DNA of 64,000 nucleotides from Antedon mediterranea (Eukaryota; Animalia; Echinodermata): contig NC_092671.1 of NCBI RefSeq assembly GCF_964355755.1, positions 21,841,317 to 21,905,316 of the forward strand, in the 5' to 3' direction. The number at the start of each line of letters is the position of its first letter. Position 1 is the first letter of the stretch. Of this stretch, positions 27,601 to 41,789 are shown in pieces. A model generated the notes under the pieces. The model was not told where the DNA came from. It saw nothing but the letters and a program-made list of their open reading frames with translations, and made no database searches. A program made the position numbers and the translations under genes.

Positions 27601-30600
27601 CATCAAAGTGGTTAAAATCACATTATAAACCGTTTTAGACCATTTTGAGCATTTCGATAACACTTTTTACACAAAAACATCAAAGTTCTTAGAATAGCTT
27701 CAAATCGCATTTGGAGAAGTTTTAGACCATTTTGTGATTTTTGAAAAAAACTTTTTAACATATAAACACCAAACTGCTAAGAATAGCTTCAAATCGCATA
27801 TGGAGACAATTTAGACCATTTTGTGATTTTCGAAAAAACTTGTTAACATAAAAACACCAAAGTGCTTAGAATACCTTCAAATCGCATTTGGAGACATTTT
27901 AGACCATTTTGTGATTTTCGAAAAAACTTGTTAACATAAAAACATCAAAGTGCTAAGAATAGCTTCCAATCGCATTTGGAGACGTTTTAGACCATTTTGT
28001 GATTTTCGAAAACAACTTGTTAACATAAAAACACCAAAGTGCTTAGAATAGCTTCAAATCGCATTTGGAGACGTTTTAGACCAATTTGTGATTTTCGAAA
28101 AAACTTGGTTACACAAAAACATCAAAGTGGATAAAATCACATTATAAACCGTTTTAGACCATTTTGAGCATATCGATAACACTTTTCACACAAAAACATC
28201 AAAGACCACAATATAGCTTAATATCGTATTTAAAAACGTTTTAGACCATTTTGAGCATTTCGACAAAACTTTTTCACACAAAACACCAAAGTGCTTAGAA
28301 TAGCTTCAAATCGCATTTGGAGACGTTTTAGACCAATTAGTGATTTTCGAAAAAACTTGGTTACACAAAAACATCAAAGTGGTTAAAATCACATTATAAA
28401 CCGTTTTAGACCATTTTGAGCATTTCGATAACACTTTTCACACAAAAACATCAAAGTGCTTAGAATAGCTTCAAATCGCATTTGGAGACGTTTTAGACCA
28501 TTTTGTGATTTTCGAAAAAAACTTTTTAACATAAAAACACCAAACTGCTAAGAATAGCTTCAAATCGCATATGGAGACAATTTAGACCATTTTGTGATTT
28601 TCGAAAAAACTTGTTAACATAAAAACACCAAAGTGCTTAGAATACCTTCAAATCGCATTTGGAGACATTTTAGACCATTTTGTGATTTTCGAAAAAACTT
28701 GTTAACATAAAAACATCAAAGTGCTAAGAATAGCTACCAATCGCATTTGGAGACGTTTTAGACTATTTTGTGATTTTCGAAAACAACTTGTTAACATAAA
28801 AACACCAAAGTGCTTAGAATAGCTTCAAATCGCATTTGGAGACGTTTTAGACCAATTTGTGATTTTCGAAAAAACTTGGTTACACAAAAACATCAAAGTG
28901 GATAAAATCACATTATAAACCGTTTTAGACCATTTTGAGCATTTCGATAACACATTTCACACAAAAACATCAAAGAGCACAAAATAGCTTAATATCGTAT
29001 TTAAAAACGTTTTAAACCATTTTGAGCATTTCGACAAAACTTTTTCACACAAAACACCAAAGTGTACAGAATAGCTTCAAATCGCATTTGGAGACGTTTT
29101 AGACCATTTTGTGATTTTCGAAAAAACTTGTTAATATAAAAACACCAAAGTACTTAGAATAGCTTCAAATCGCATTTGGAGACGTTGTAGACCATTTTGT
29201 GATTTTCGAAAAAACTTGTTAACATAAAAACATCAAAGTGCTAAGAATAGCTTCCAATCGCATTTGGAGACATTTTAGACCAATTTGTGATTTTGGAAAA
29301 AACTTGGTTACACAAAAACATCAAAGTGCTTTAAATCACATTATAAACCGTTTTAGACCATTTTGAGCATTTCGATAACACATTTCACAAAAAAACATCA
29401 AAGAGCACAAAATAGCTTAATATCGTATTTAAAAACGTTTTAAACCATTTTGAGCATTTCGACAAAACTTTTTCACACAAAACACCAAAGTGTTTAGAAA
29501 AGCTTCAAATCGCATTTGGAGACGTTTTAGACCATTTTGGGATTTTCGAAAAAACTTGTTAACATAAAAACACCAAAGTGCTTAGAATAGCTTCAAATCG
29601 CATTTGAAGACGTTTTAGACCATTTTGTAATTTTCGAAAAAACTTGTTAACATAAAAACACCAAAATGTTTAGAATAGCTTCAAATCGCATTTGGAGAGG
29701 TTTTAGACCATTTTGTGATTTTCGAAAAAACTTGTTAACACAAAAACACCAAAGTGATTAGAATAGCTTCAAATCGCATTTGGAGACGTTTTAGACCATT
29801 TTGTGATTTTCGAAAAAACTTGTTAACATAAAAACACCAAAGTGATTAGAATAGCTTCAAATCGCATTTGGAGACGTTTTAGACCATTTTGTGCATTTCG
29901 ATGAAACTTGGTTACGCAAAAACATCAAAGTAATAATCACATTATAAACAGTTTTAGACCATTTTGAGCATATCGATAAAACTTTTTACACAAAACACCA
30001 AAGTGCTTAGAATAGCTTCAAATCGCATTTGGAGACGTTTTAGACCATTTTGTGATTTTCGACAAAACTTTTTCACACAAAACACCAAAGTGCTTAGAAT
30101 ACCTTCAAATCGCATTTGGAGACGTTTTAGACCATTTTGTGATTTTCGAAAAAACTTGTTAACATAAAAACATCAAAGTGTACAGATTAGCTTCAAATCG
30201 CATTTGGAGACGTTTTAGACCATTTTGTGATTTTCGAAAAAACTTGTTAACATAAAAACACCAAAGTGCTTAGAATAGCTTCAAATCGCATTAGGAGACG
30301 TTTTAGACCATTTTGTTATTTTCGAAAAAACTTGTTAACATAAAAACACCAAAATGTTTAGAATAGCTTCAAATCGCATTTGTAGACGTTTTATACCATT
30401 TTGTGATTTTCGAAAAAACTTGTTAACACAAAAACACCAAAGTGATTAGAATAGCTTCAAATCGCATTTGGAGACGTTTTAGACCATTTTGTGCATTTCG
30501 ATGAAACTTGGTTACGCAAAAACATCAAAGTGCTTAAAATCACATTATAAACCGTTTTAGACCATTTTGAGCATATCGATAACACTTTTCACACAAAAAC

Positions 30601-33600
30601 ATCAAAGAGCACAATATAGCTTAATATCGTATTTAAAAACGTTTTAGACCATTTTGAGCAATTCGACAAAACTTTTTCACACAAAACACCAAAGTGCTTA
30701 GAATAGCTTCAAATCGCATTTGGAGACGTTTTAGACCATTTTGTGATTTTCGAAAAACTTGTTAACATAAAAACATCAAAGGGCTAAGAATAGCTTCAAA
30801 TCGCATTTGGAGACATTTTAGACCAATTAGTGATTTTCGAAAAAACTTGGTTACACAAAAACATCAAAGTGGTTAAAATCACATTATAAACCGTTTTAGA
30901 CCATTTTGAGCATATCGATAAAATTTTTTACACAAAAACATCAAAGAGCACAAAATAGCTTAATATCGTATTTGGAAACGTTTTAGAACATTTTGTGATT
31001 TTCGAAAAAACTTGTTAACATAAAACACCAAAGTGTACAGAATAGCTTCAAATCGCATTTGGAGACATTTTAGACCAATTTGTGATTTTCGAAAAAACTT
31101 GTTAACATAAAAACACCAAAGTGCTAAGAATAGCTTCAAATCGCATTTGGAGACATTTTAGACCAATTTGTGATTTTCGAAAAAACTTGGTTACACAAAA
31201 ACATCAAAGTGCTTAAAATCACATTATAAAACCGTGTTAGACCATTTTGAGCATTTCGATAACACTTTTCACACAAAAACATCAAAGAGCATAAAATAGG
31301 TTAATATCGTATTTAAAAACGTTTTAGACCATTTTGAGCATTTCGATGAAACTTGGTTACGCAAAAACATCAAAGTGCTTAAAATCACATTATAAACCGT
31401 TTTAGACCATTTTGAGCATATCGATAAAATTTTTTACACAAAAACATCAAAGAGCACAAAATAGCTTAATATCGTATTTGGAAACGTTTTAGAAAATTTT
31501 GTGATTTTCGAAAAAACTTGTTAACATAAAACACCAAAGTGTACAGAATAGCTTCAAATCGCATTTGGAGACATTTTAGACCAATTTGTGATTTTCGAAA
31601 AAACTTGTTAACATAAAAACACCAAAGTGCTAAGAATAGCTTCAAATCGCATTTGGAGACATTTTAGACCAATTTGTGATTTTCGAAAAAACTTGGTTAC
31701 ACAAAAACATCAAAGTGCTTAAAATCACATTATAAAACCGTTTTAGACCATTTTGAGCATTTCGATAACACTTTTCACACAAAAACATCAAAGAGCATAA
31801 AATAGGTTAATATCGTATTTAAAAACGTTTTAGACCATTTTGAGCATTTCGACAAAACTTTTTCACACAAAACACCAAAGTGTACAGAATAGCTTAATAT
31901 CGTATTTAAAAACGTTTTAGACCATTTTGTGATTTTCGAAAAAACTTGTTAACATAAAAACACCAAAGTGCTTACAATAGCTTCAAATCGCATTAGGAGA
32001 CGTTTTAGACCATTTGGTGATTTTCGAAAAAACTTGTTAACATAAAAACATCAAAGTGTACAGAATAGCTTCAAATCGCATTTGGAGACGTTTTAGACCA
32101 TTTTGTGATTTTCGAAAAAAACTTGTTAACATAAAAACACCAAAGTGCTTAGAATAGCTTCAAATCGCATTTGGAGACGTTTTAGACCATTTTGTGATTT
32201 TCGAAAAAACTTGTTAATATAAAAACACCAAAGTACTTAGAATAGCTTCAAATCGCATTTGGAGACGTTTTAAACCATTTTGTGATTTTCGAAAAAACTT
32301 GTTAACATAAAAACACCAAAATGTTTAGAATAGCTTCAAATCGCATTTGGAGACGTTTTAGACCATTTTGTGATTTTCGAAAAAACTTGTTAACACAAAA
32401 ACACCAAAGTGATTAGAATAGCTTCAAATCGCATTTGGAGACGTTTTAGACCATTTTGTGATTTTCGAAAAAACTTGTTAACATAAAAACACCAAAGTGA
32501 TTAGAATAGCTTCAAATCGCATTTGGAGACGTTTTAGACCATTTTGTGATTTTCGAAAAAACTTGTTGACATAAAAACACCAAAGTGATTAGAATAGCTT
32601 CAAATCGCATTTGGAGACGTTTTAGACCATTTTGTGCATTTCGATGAAACTTGGTTACGCAAAAACATCAATGTGCTTAAAATCACATTATAAACCGTTT
32701 TAGACCATTTTGAGCATATCCATAAAACTTTTTACACAAAACACCAAAGTGCTTAGAATAGCTTCAAATCGCATTTGGAGACGTTTTAGACCATTTTGTG
32801 ATTTTCGACAAAACTTTTTCACACAAAACACCAAAGTGCTTAGAATACCTTCAAATCGCATTTGGAGACGTTTTAGACCATTTTGTGATTTTCGAAAAAA
32901 CTTGTTAACATAAAAACATCAAAGTGTACAGAATAGCTTCAAATCGCATTTGGAGACGTTTTAGACCATTTTGTGATTTTCGAAAAAACTTGTTAACATA
33001 AAAACACCAAAGTGCTTAGAATAGCTTCAAATCGCATTAGGAGACGTTTTAGACCATTTTGTGATTTTCGAAAAAACTTGTTAACATAAAAACACCAAAG
33101 TGCTTAGAATAGCTTCAAATCGCATTTGGAGACGTTTTAGACCATTTTGTGATTTTCGAAAAAACTTGTTAACATAAAAACACCAAAATGTTTAGAATAG
33201 CTTCAAATCGCATTTGGAGACGTTTTAGACCATTTTGTGATTTTCGAAAAAACTTGTTAACACAAAAACACCAAAGTGATTAGAATAGCTTCAAATCGCA
33301 TTTGGAGACGTTTTAGACCATTTTGTGCATTTCGATGAAACTTGGTTACGCAAAAACATCAAAGTGCTTAAAATCACATTATAAACCGTTTTAGACCATT
33401 TTGAGCATATCGATAACACTTTTCACACAAAAACATCAAAGAGCACAATATAGCTTAATATCGTATTTAAAAACGTTTTAGACCATTTTGAGCATTTCGA
33501 CAAAACTTTTTCACACAAAACACCAAAGTGCTTAGAATAGCTTCAAATCGCATTTGGAGACGTTTTAGACCATTTTGTGATTTTCGAAAAAACTTGTTAA

Positions 33601-35880
33601 CATAAAAACATCAAAGTGCTAAGAATAGGTTCAAATCGAATTTGGAGACATTTTAGACCAATTAGTGATTTTCGAAAAAACTTGGTTACACAAAAACATC
33701 AAAGTGGTTAAAATCACATTATAAACCGTTTTAGACCATTTTGAGCATTTCGATAACACTTTTCACACAAAAACTTCAAAGTGCTTAGAATAGCTTCAAA
33801 TCGCATTTGGAGACGTTTTAGACCATTTTGTGATTTTCGAAAAAAACTTTTTAACATAAAAACACCAAACTGCTAAGAATAGCTTCAAATCGCATATGGA
33901 GACAATTTAGACCATTTTGTGATTTTCGAAAAAACTTGTTAACATAAAAACACCAAAGTGCTTAGAATACCTTCAAATCGCATTTGGAGACATTTTAGAC
34001 CATTTTGTGATTTTCGAAAAAACTTGTTAACATAAAAACATCAAAGTGCTAAGAATAGCTTCCAATCGCATTTGTAGACGTTTTAGACCATTTTGTGATT
34101 TTCGAAAAAACTTGTTAACATAAAAACACCAAAGTGCTTAGAATAGCTTCAAATCGCATTTGGAGACGTTTTAGACCATTTTGTGATTTTCGAAAAAACT
34201 TGTTAACATAAAAACATCAAAGTGCTAAGAATAGCTTCAAATCGCATTTGGAGACATTTTAGACCAATTAGTGATTTTCGAAAAAACTTGGTTACACAAA
34301 AACATCAAAGTGGTTAAAATCACATTATAAACCGTTTTAGACCATTTTGAGCATTTCGATAACACTTTTCACACAAAAACATCAAAGTGCTTAGAATAGC
34401 TTCAAATCGCATTTGGAGACGTTTTAGACCATTTTGTGATTTTCGAAAAAAACTTTTTAACATAAAAACACCAAACTGCTAAGAATAGCTTCAAATCGCA
34501 TATGGAGACAATTTAGACCATTTTGTGATTTTCGAAAAAACTTGTTAACATAAAAACACCAAAGTGCTAAGAATAGCTTCAAATCGCATATGGAGACAAT
34601 TTAGACCATTTTGTGATTTTCGAAAAAACTTGTTAACATAAAAACACCAAAGTGCTTAGAATACCTTCAAATCGCATTTGGAGACGTTTAAGACCATTTT
34701 GTGATTTTCGAAAAAACTTGTTAACATAAAAACACCAAAGTGCTTAGAATAGCTTCAAATCGCATTTGGAGACGTTTTAGACCAATTTGTGATTTTCGAA
34801 AAAACTTGGTTACACAAAAACATCAAAGTGGTTAAAAGCACATTATAAACCGTTTTAGACCATTTTGAGCATTTCGATAACACATTTCACACAAAAACAT
34901 CAAAGAGCACAAAATAGCTTAATATCGTATTTAAAAACGTTTTAAACCATTTTGAGCATTTCGACAAAACTTTTTCACACAAAACACCAAAGTGTACAGA
35001 ATAGCTTCAAATCGCATTTGGAGACGTTTTAGACCATTTTGTGATTTTCGAAAAAACTTGTTAATATAAAAACACCAAAGTACTTAGAATAGCTTCAAAT
35101 CGCATTTGGAGACGTTTTAGACCATTTTGTGATTTTCGAAAAAACTTGTTAACATAAAAACATCAAAGTGCTAAGAATAGCTTCCAATCGCATTTGGAGA
35201 CATTTTAGACCAATTTGTGATTTTGGAAAAAACTTGGTTACACAAAAACATCAAAGTGCTTTCAATCACATTATAAACCGTTTTAGACCATTTTGAGCAT
35301 TTCGATAACACATTTCACAAAAAAACATCAAAGAGCACAAAATAGCTTAATATCGTATTTAAAAACGTTTTAAACCATTTTGAGCATTTCGACAAAACTT
35401 TTTCACACAAAACACCAAAGTGTTTAGAAAAGCTTCAAATCGCATTTGGAGACGTTTTAGACCATTTTGGGATTTTCGAAAAAACTTGTTAACATAAAAA
35501 CACCAAAGTGCTTAGAATAGCTTCAAATCGCATTTGAAGACGTTTTAGACCATTTTGTAATTTTCGAAAAAACTTGTTAACATAAAAACACCAAAATGTT
35601 TAGAATAGCTTCAAATCGCATTTGGAGACGTTTTAGACCATTTTGTGATTTTCGAAAAAACTTGTTAACACAAAAACACCAAAGTGATTAGAATAGCTTC
35701 AAATCGCATTTGGAGACGTTTTAGACCATTTTGTGATTTTCGAAAAAACTTGTTAACATAAAAACACCAAAGTGATTAGAATAGCTTCAAATCGCATTTG
35801 GAGACGTTTTAGACCATTTTGTGCATTTCGATGAAACTTGGTTACGCAAAAACATCAAAGTAATAATCACATTATAAACA

Positions 35881-35890
35881 GTTTTAAACT
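35881..35890. other. Strand-switch (inversion) junction of the satellite
   Basis: The forward ...attataaacagtttta ends at 35886 (gacc is expected next). The reverse taaactttgatgttttt... starts at 35885. The two share TA and there are no inserted bases. Confidence 0.95.
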
Positions 35891-37799
35891 TTGATGTTTT
35901 TATGTTAACAAGTTTTTTCGAAAAACACAAAATGGTCTAAAACGTCTCCAAATGCGATTTGAAGGTATTCTAAGCACTTTGGTGTTTTGTGTGAAAAAGT
36001 TTTGTCGAAATGCTCAAATGGTCTAAAACGGTTTATAATGTGATTTTAAGGACTTTGATGTTTTTGTGTAACCAAGTTTCATCGAAATGCACAAAATGGT
36101 CTAAAACGTCTCCAAATGCGATTTGAAGCTATTCTAAGAACTTTGGTGTTTTTATGTTAACAAGTTTTTTTGAAAATTACAAAATGGTCTAAAACGTCTC
36201 CAAATGCGATTTGAAGCTATTCTAAGCACTTTGGTGTTTTTATGTTAACAAGTTTTTTAGAAAATCCCAAAATGGTCTAAAACGTCTCCAAATGCGATTT
36301 GAAGCTTTTCTAAACACTTTGGTGTTTTTATGTTAACAAGTTTTTTCGAAAATCACAAAATGGTCTAAAACTTCTCCAAATGCGATTTGAAGCTTTTCTA
36401 AACACTTTGGTGTTTTTGTGTTAACAAGTTTTTTCGAAAATCACAAAATGGTCCAAAACGTCTCCAAATGCGATTTGAAGCTATTTTAAGAACTTTGGTG
36501 TTTTTATGTTAACAAGTTTTTTCGAAAATCACAAAATGGTCTAAAACGTCTCCAAATGCGATTTGAAGCTATTCTAAGTACTTTGGTGTTTTTATATTAA
36601 CAAGTTTTTTCGAAAATCACAAAATGGTCTAAAACGTCTCCAAATGCGATTTGAAGCTATTCTAAACATTTTGGTGTTTTTATGTTAACAAGTTTTTTCG
36701 AAAATCACAAAATTGTCTAAAACGTCTCCATATGCGATTTGAAGCTATTCTGTAAACTTTGGTGTTTTTATGTTAACAAGTTTTTTTTTGAAAATCACAA
36801 AATGGTCTAAAACGTCTCCAAATGCGATTTGAAGCTATTCTGTACACTTTGATGTTTTTATGTTAACAAGTTTTTTCGAAAATCACAAAATGGTCTAAAA
36901 CGTCTCCTAATGCGATTTGAAGCTATTGTAAGCACTTTGGTGTTTTTATGTTAACAAGTTTTTTCGAAAATCACAAAATGGTCTAAAACGTTTTTAAATA
37001 CGATATTAAGCTATTCTGTACACTTTGGTGTTTTGTGTGAAAAAGTTTTGTCGAAATGCTCAAAATGGTCTAAAACGTTTTTAAATACGATATTAACCTA
37101 TTTTATGCTCTTTGATGTTTTTGTGTGAAAAGTGTTATCGAAATGCTCAAAATGGTCTAAAACGGTTTTATAATGTGATTTTAAGCACTTTGATGTTTTT
37201 GTGTAACCAAGTTTTTTCGAAAATCACAAATTGGTCTAAAATGTCTCCAAATGCGATTTGAAGCTATTCTTAGCACTTTGGTGTTTTTATGTTAACAAAT
37301 TTTTTCGAAAATCACAAATTGGTCTAAAATGTCTCCAAATGCGATTTGAAGCTATTCTGTACACTTTGGTGTTTTATGTTAACAAGTTTTTTCGAAAATC
37401 ACAAAATGTTCTAAAACGTTTCCATATACGATATTAAGCTATTTTGTGCTCTTTGATGTTTTTGTGTAAAAAATTTTATCGATATGCTCAAAATGGTCTA
37501 AAACGGTTTATAATGTGATTTTAAGCACTTTGATGTTTTTGCGTAACCAAGTTTCATCGAAATGCACAAAATGGTCTAAAACGTCTCCAAATGCGATTTG
37601 AAGCTATTCTAATCACTTTGGTGTTTTTATGTTAACAAGTTTTTTCGAAAATTACAAAATGGTCTAAAACGTCTCCAAATGCGATTTGAAGCTATTCTAA
37701 TCACTTTGGTGTTTTTGTGTTAACAAGTTTTTTCGAAAATCACAAAATGGTCTAAAACGTCTCCAAATGCGATTTGAAGCTATTCTAAACATTTTGGTG

Positions 37800-40700
37800 T
37801 TTTTATGTTAACAAGTTTTTTCGAAAATCACAAAATGGTTTAAAACGTCTCCAAATGCGATTTGAAGCTATTCTAAGCACTTTGGTGTTTTTATGTTAAC
37901 AAGTTTTTTCGAAAATCACAAAATGGTCTAAAACGTCTCCAAATGCGATTTGAAGCTATTCTGTACACTTTGATGTTTTTATGTTAACAAGTTTTTTCGA
38001 AAATCACAAAATGGTCTAAAACGTCTCCCAATGCGATTTGAAGCTATTCTAAGCACTTTGGTGTTTTTATATTAACAAATTTTTTCGAAAATCACAAAAT
38101 TGTCTAAAACGTCTCCAAATGCGATTTGAAGCTATTCTGTAAACTTTGATGTTTTTATGTTAACAAGTTTTTTCGAAAAACACAAAATGGTCTAAAACGT
38201 CTCCAAATGCGATTTGAAGGTATTCTAAGCACTTTGGTGTTTTGTGTGAAAAAGTTTTGTCGAAATGCTCAAAATGGTCTAAAACGTTTTTAAATAGGAT
38301 ATTAAGCTATATTGTGCTCTTTGATGTTTTTGTGTGAAAAGTGTTATCGAAATGCTCAAATGGTCTAAAACGGTTTATAATGTGATTTTAAGGACTTTGA
38401 TGTTTTTGTGTAACCAAGTTTCATCGAAATGCACAAAATGGTCTAAAACGTCTCCAAATGCGATTTGAAGCTATTCTAAGAACTTTGGTGTTTTTATGTT
38501 AACAAGTTTTTTTGAAAATTACAAAATGGTCTAAAACGTCTCCAAATGCGATTTGAAGCTATTCTAAGCACTTTGGTGTTTTTATGTTAACAAGTTTTTT
38601 CGAAAATCCCAAAATGGTCTAAAACGTCTCCAAATGCGATTTGAAGCTTTTCTAAACACTTTGGTGTTTTTATGTTAACAAGTTTTTTCGAAAATCACAA
38701 AATGGTCTAAAACTTCTCCAAATGCGATTTGAAGCTTTTCTAAACACTTTGGTGTTTTTGTGTTAACAAGTTTTTTCGAAAATCACAAAATGGTCTAAAA
38801 CGTCTCCAAATGCGATTTGAAGCTATTTTAAGAACTTTGGTGTTTTTATGTTAACAAGTTTTTTCGAAAATCACAAAATGGTCTAAAACGTCTCCAAATG
38901 CGATTTGAAGCCATTCTAAGTACTTTGGTGTTTTTATATTAACAAGTTTTTTCGAAAATCACAAAATGGTCTAAAACGTCTCCAAATGCGATTTGAAGCT
39001 ATTCTAAGCACTTTGGTGTTTTTATGTTAACAAGTTTTTTTCGAAAATCACAAAATGGTCTAAAACGTCTCCAAATGCGATTTGAAGCTATTCTGTACAC
39101 TTTGATGTTTTTATGTTAACAAGTTTTTTCGAAAATCACAAAATGGTCTAAAACGTCTCCTAATGCGATTTGAAGCTATTGTAAGCACTTTGGTGTTTTT
39201 ATGTTAACAAGTTTTTTCGAAAATCACAAAATGGTCTAAAACGTTTTTAAATACGATATTAAGCTATTCTGTACACTTTGGTGTTTTGTGTGAAAAAGTT
39301 TTGTCGAAATGCTCAAAATGGTCTAAAACGTTTTTAAATACGATATTAACCTATTTTATGCTCTTTGATGTTTTTGTGTGAAAAGTGTTATCGAAATGCT
39401 CAAAATGGTCTAAAACGGTTTTATAATGTGATTTTAAGCACTTTGATGTTTTTGTGTAACCAAGTTTTTTCGAAAATCACAAATTGGTCTAAAATGTCTC
39501 CAAATGCGATTTGAAGCTATTCTTAGCACTTTGGTGTTTTTATGTTAACAAGTTTTTTCGAAAATCACAAATTGGTCTAAAATGTCTCCAAATGCGATTT
39601 GAAGCTATTCTGTACACTTTGGTGTTTTATGTTAACAAGTTTTTTCGAAAATCACAAAATGTTCTAAAACGTTTCCAAATACGATATTAAGCTATTTTGT
39701 GCTCTTTGATGTTTTTGTGTAAAAAATTTTATCGATATGCTCAAAATGGTCTAAAACGGTTTATAATGTGATTTTAAGCACTTTGATGTTTTTGCGTAAC
39801 CAAGTTTCATCGAAATGCTCAAAATGGTCTAAAACGTTTTTAAATACGATATTAACCTATTTTATGCTCTTTGATGTTTTTGTGTGAAAAGTGTTATCGA
39901 AATGCTCAAAATGGTCTAAAACGGTTTTATAATGTGATTTTAAGCACTTTGATGTTTTTGTGTAACCAAGTTTTTTCGAAAATCACAAATTGGTCTAAAA
40001 TGTCTCCAAATGCGATTTGAAGCTATTCTTAGCACTTTGGTGTTTTTATGTTAACAAGTTTTTTCGAAAATCACAAATTGGTCTAAAATGTCTCCAAATG
40101 CGATTTGAAGCTATTCTGTACACTTTGGTGTTTTATGTTAACAAGTTTTTTCGAAAATCACAAAATGTTCTAAAACGTTTCCAAATACGATATTAAGCTA
40201 TTTTGTGCTCTTTGATGTTTTTGTGTAAAAAATTTTATCGATATGCTCAAAATGGTCTAAAACGGTTTATAATGTGATTTTAACCACTTTGATGTTTTTG
40301 TGTAACCAAGTTTTTTCGAAAATCACTAATTGGTCTAAAATGTCTCCAAATGCGATTTGAAGCTATTCTTAGCCCTTTGATGTTTTTATGTTAACAAGTT
40401 TTTTCGAAAATCACAAAATGGTCTAAAACGTCTCCAAATGCGATTTGAAGCTATTCTAAGCACTTTGGTGTTTTGTGTGAAAAAGTTTTGTCGAATTGCT
40501 CAAAATGGTCTAAAACGTTTTTAAATACGATATTAAGCTATATTGTGCTCTTTGATGTTTTTGTGTGAAAAGTGTTATCGATATGCTCAAAATGGTCTAA
40601 AACGGTTTATAATGTGATTTTAAGCACTTTGATGTTTTTGCGTAACCAAGTTTCATCGAAATGCACAAAATGGTCTAAAACGTCTCCAAATGCGATTTGA

Positions 40701-41150
40701 AGCTATTCTAATCACTTTGGTGTTTTTGTGTTAACAAGTTTTTTCGAAAATCACAAAATGGTCTAAAACGTCTACAAATGCGATTTGAAGCTATTCTAAA
40801 CATTTTGGTGTTTTTATGTTAACAAGTTTTTTCGAAAATAACAAAATGGTCTAAAACGTCTCCTAATGCGATTTGAAGCTATTCTAAGCACTTTGGTGTT
40901 TTTATGTTAACAAGTTTTTTCGAAAATCACAAAATGGTCTAAAACGTCTCCAAATGCGATTTGAAGCTAATCTGTACACTTTGATGTTTTTATGTTAACA
41001 AGTTTTTTCGAAAATCACAAAATGGTCTAAAACGTCTCCAAATGCGATTTGAAGGTATTCTAAGCACTTTGGTGTTTTGTGTGAAAAAGTTTTGTCGAAA
41101 ATCACAAAATGGTCTAAAACGTTTCCAAATGCGATTTGAAGCTATTCTAA
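37800..41150 (-). repeat. Roughly 3.3-kb block repeated at +11911 (about 49740-53070)
   Basis: ggactt occurs at 38392/50303 and tcgaattgc at 40491/52402, with the same variant order in between. Confidence 0.8.
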
Positions 41151-41789
41151 GCACTTTGGTGTTTTGTGTAAAAAGTTTTATCGATATGCTCAAAATGGTC
41201 TAAAACTGTTTATAATGTGATTATTACTTTGATGTTTTTGCGTAACCAAGTTTCATCGAAATGCACAAAATGGTCTAAAACGTCTCCAAATGCGATTTGA
41301 AGCTATTCTAATCACTTTGGTGTTTTTATGTTAACAAGTTTTTTCGAAAATCACAAAATGGTCTAAAACGTCTCCAAATGCGATTTGAAACTATTCTAAT
41401 CACTTTGGTGTTTTTGTGTTAACAAGTTTTTTCGAAAATCACAAAATGGTCTAAAACGTCTCCAAATGCGATTTGAAGCTATTCTAAACATTTTGGTGTT
41501 TTTATGTTAACAAGTTTTTTCGAAAATTACAAAATGGTCTAAAACGTCTTCAAATGCGATTTGAAGCTATTATAAGCACTTTGGTGTTTTTATGTTAACA
41601 AGTTTTTTCGAAAATCCCAAAATGGTCTAAAACGTCTCCAAATGCGATTTGAAGCTTTTCTAAACACTTTGGTGTTTTGTGTGAAAAAGTTTTGTCGAAA
41701 TGCTCAAAATGGTTTAAAACGTTTTTAAATACGATATTAAGCTATTTTGTGCTCTTTGATGTTTTTTTGTGAAATGTGTTATCGAAATG

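Larger units (their letters stand above)
1..35886 (+). repeat. Tandem satellite array, 88-bp consensus monomer with 78/79- and 87-bp variants, forward arm (about 410 monomers)
   Basis: The anchor ggagacgttttagacc recurs every 88 bp (e.g. 12471 to 12559). Continuous head-to-tail copies run from base 1, interrupted only at 14604-14721. The consensus has 28 G+C in 88 bp. Confidence 0.98.

Noticed and set aside
35000-36800. Fold-back palindrome or hairpin-read artefact
   Set aside because: The two sides of the junction are not mirror images. The right side matches 10.5-12.3 kb.
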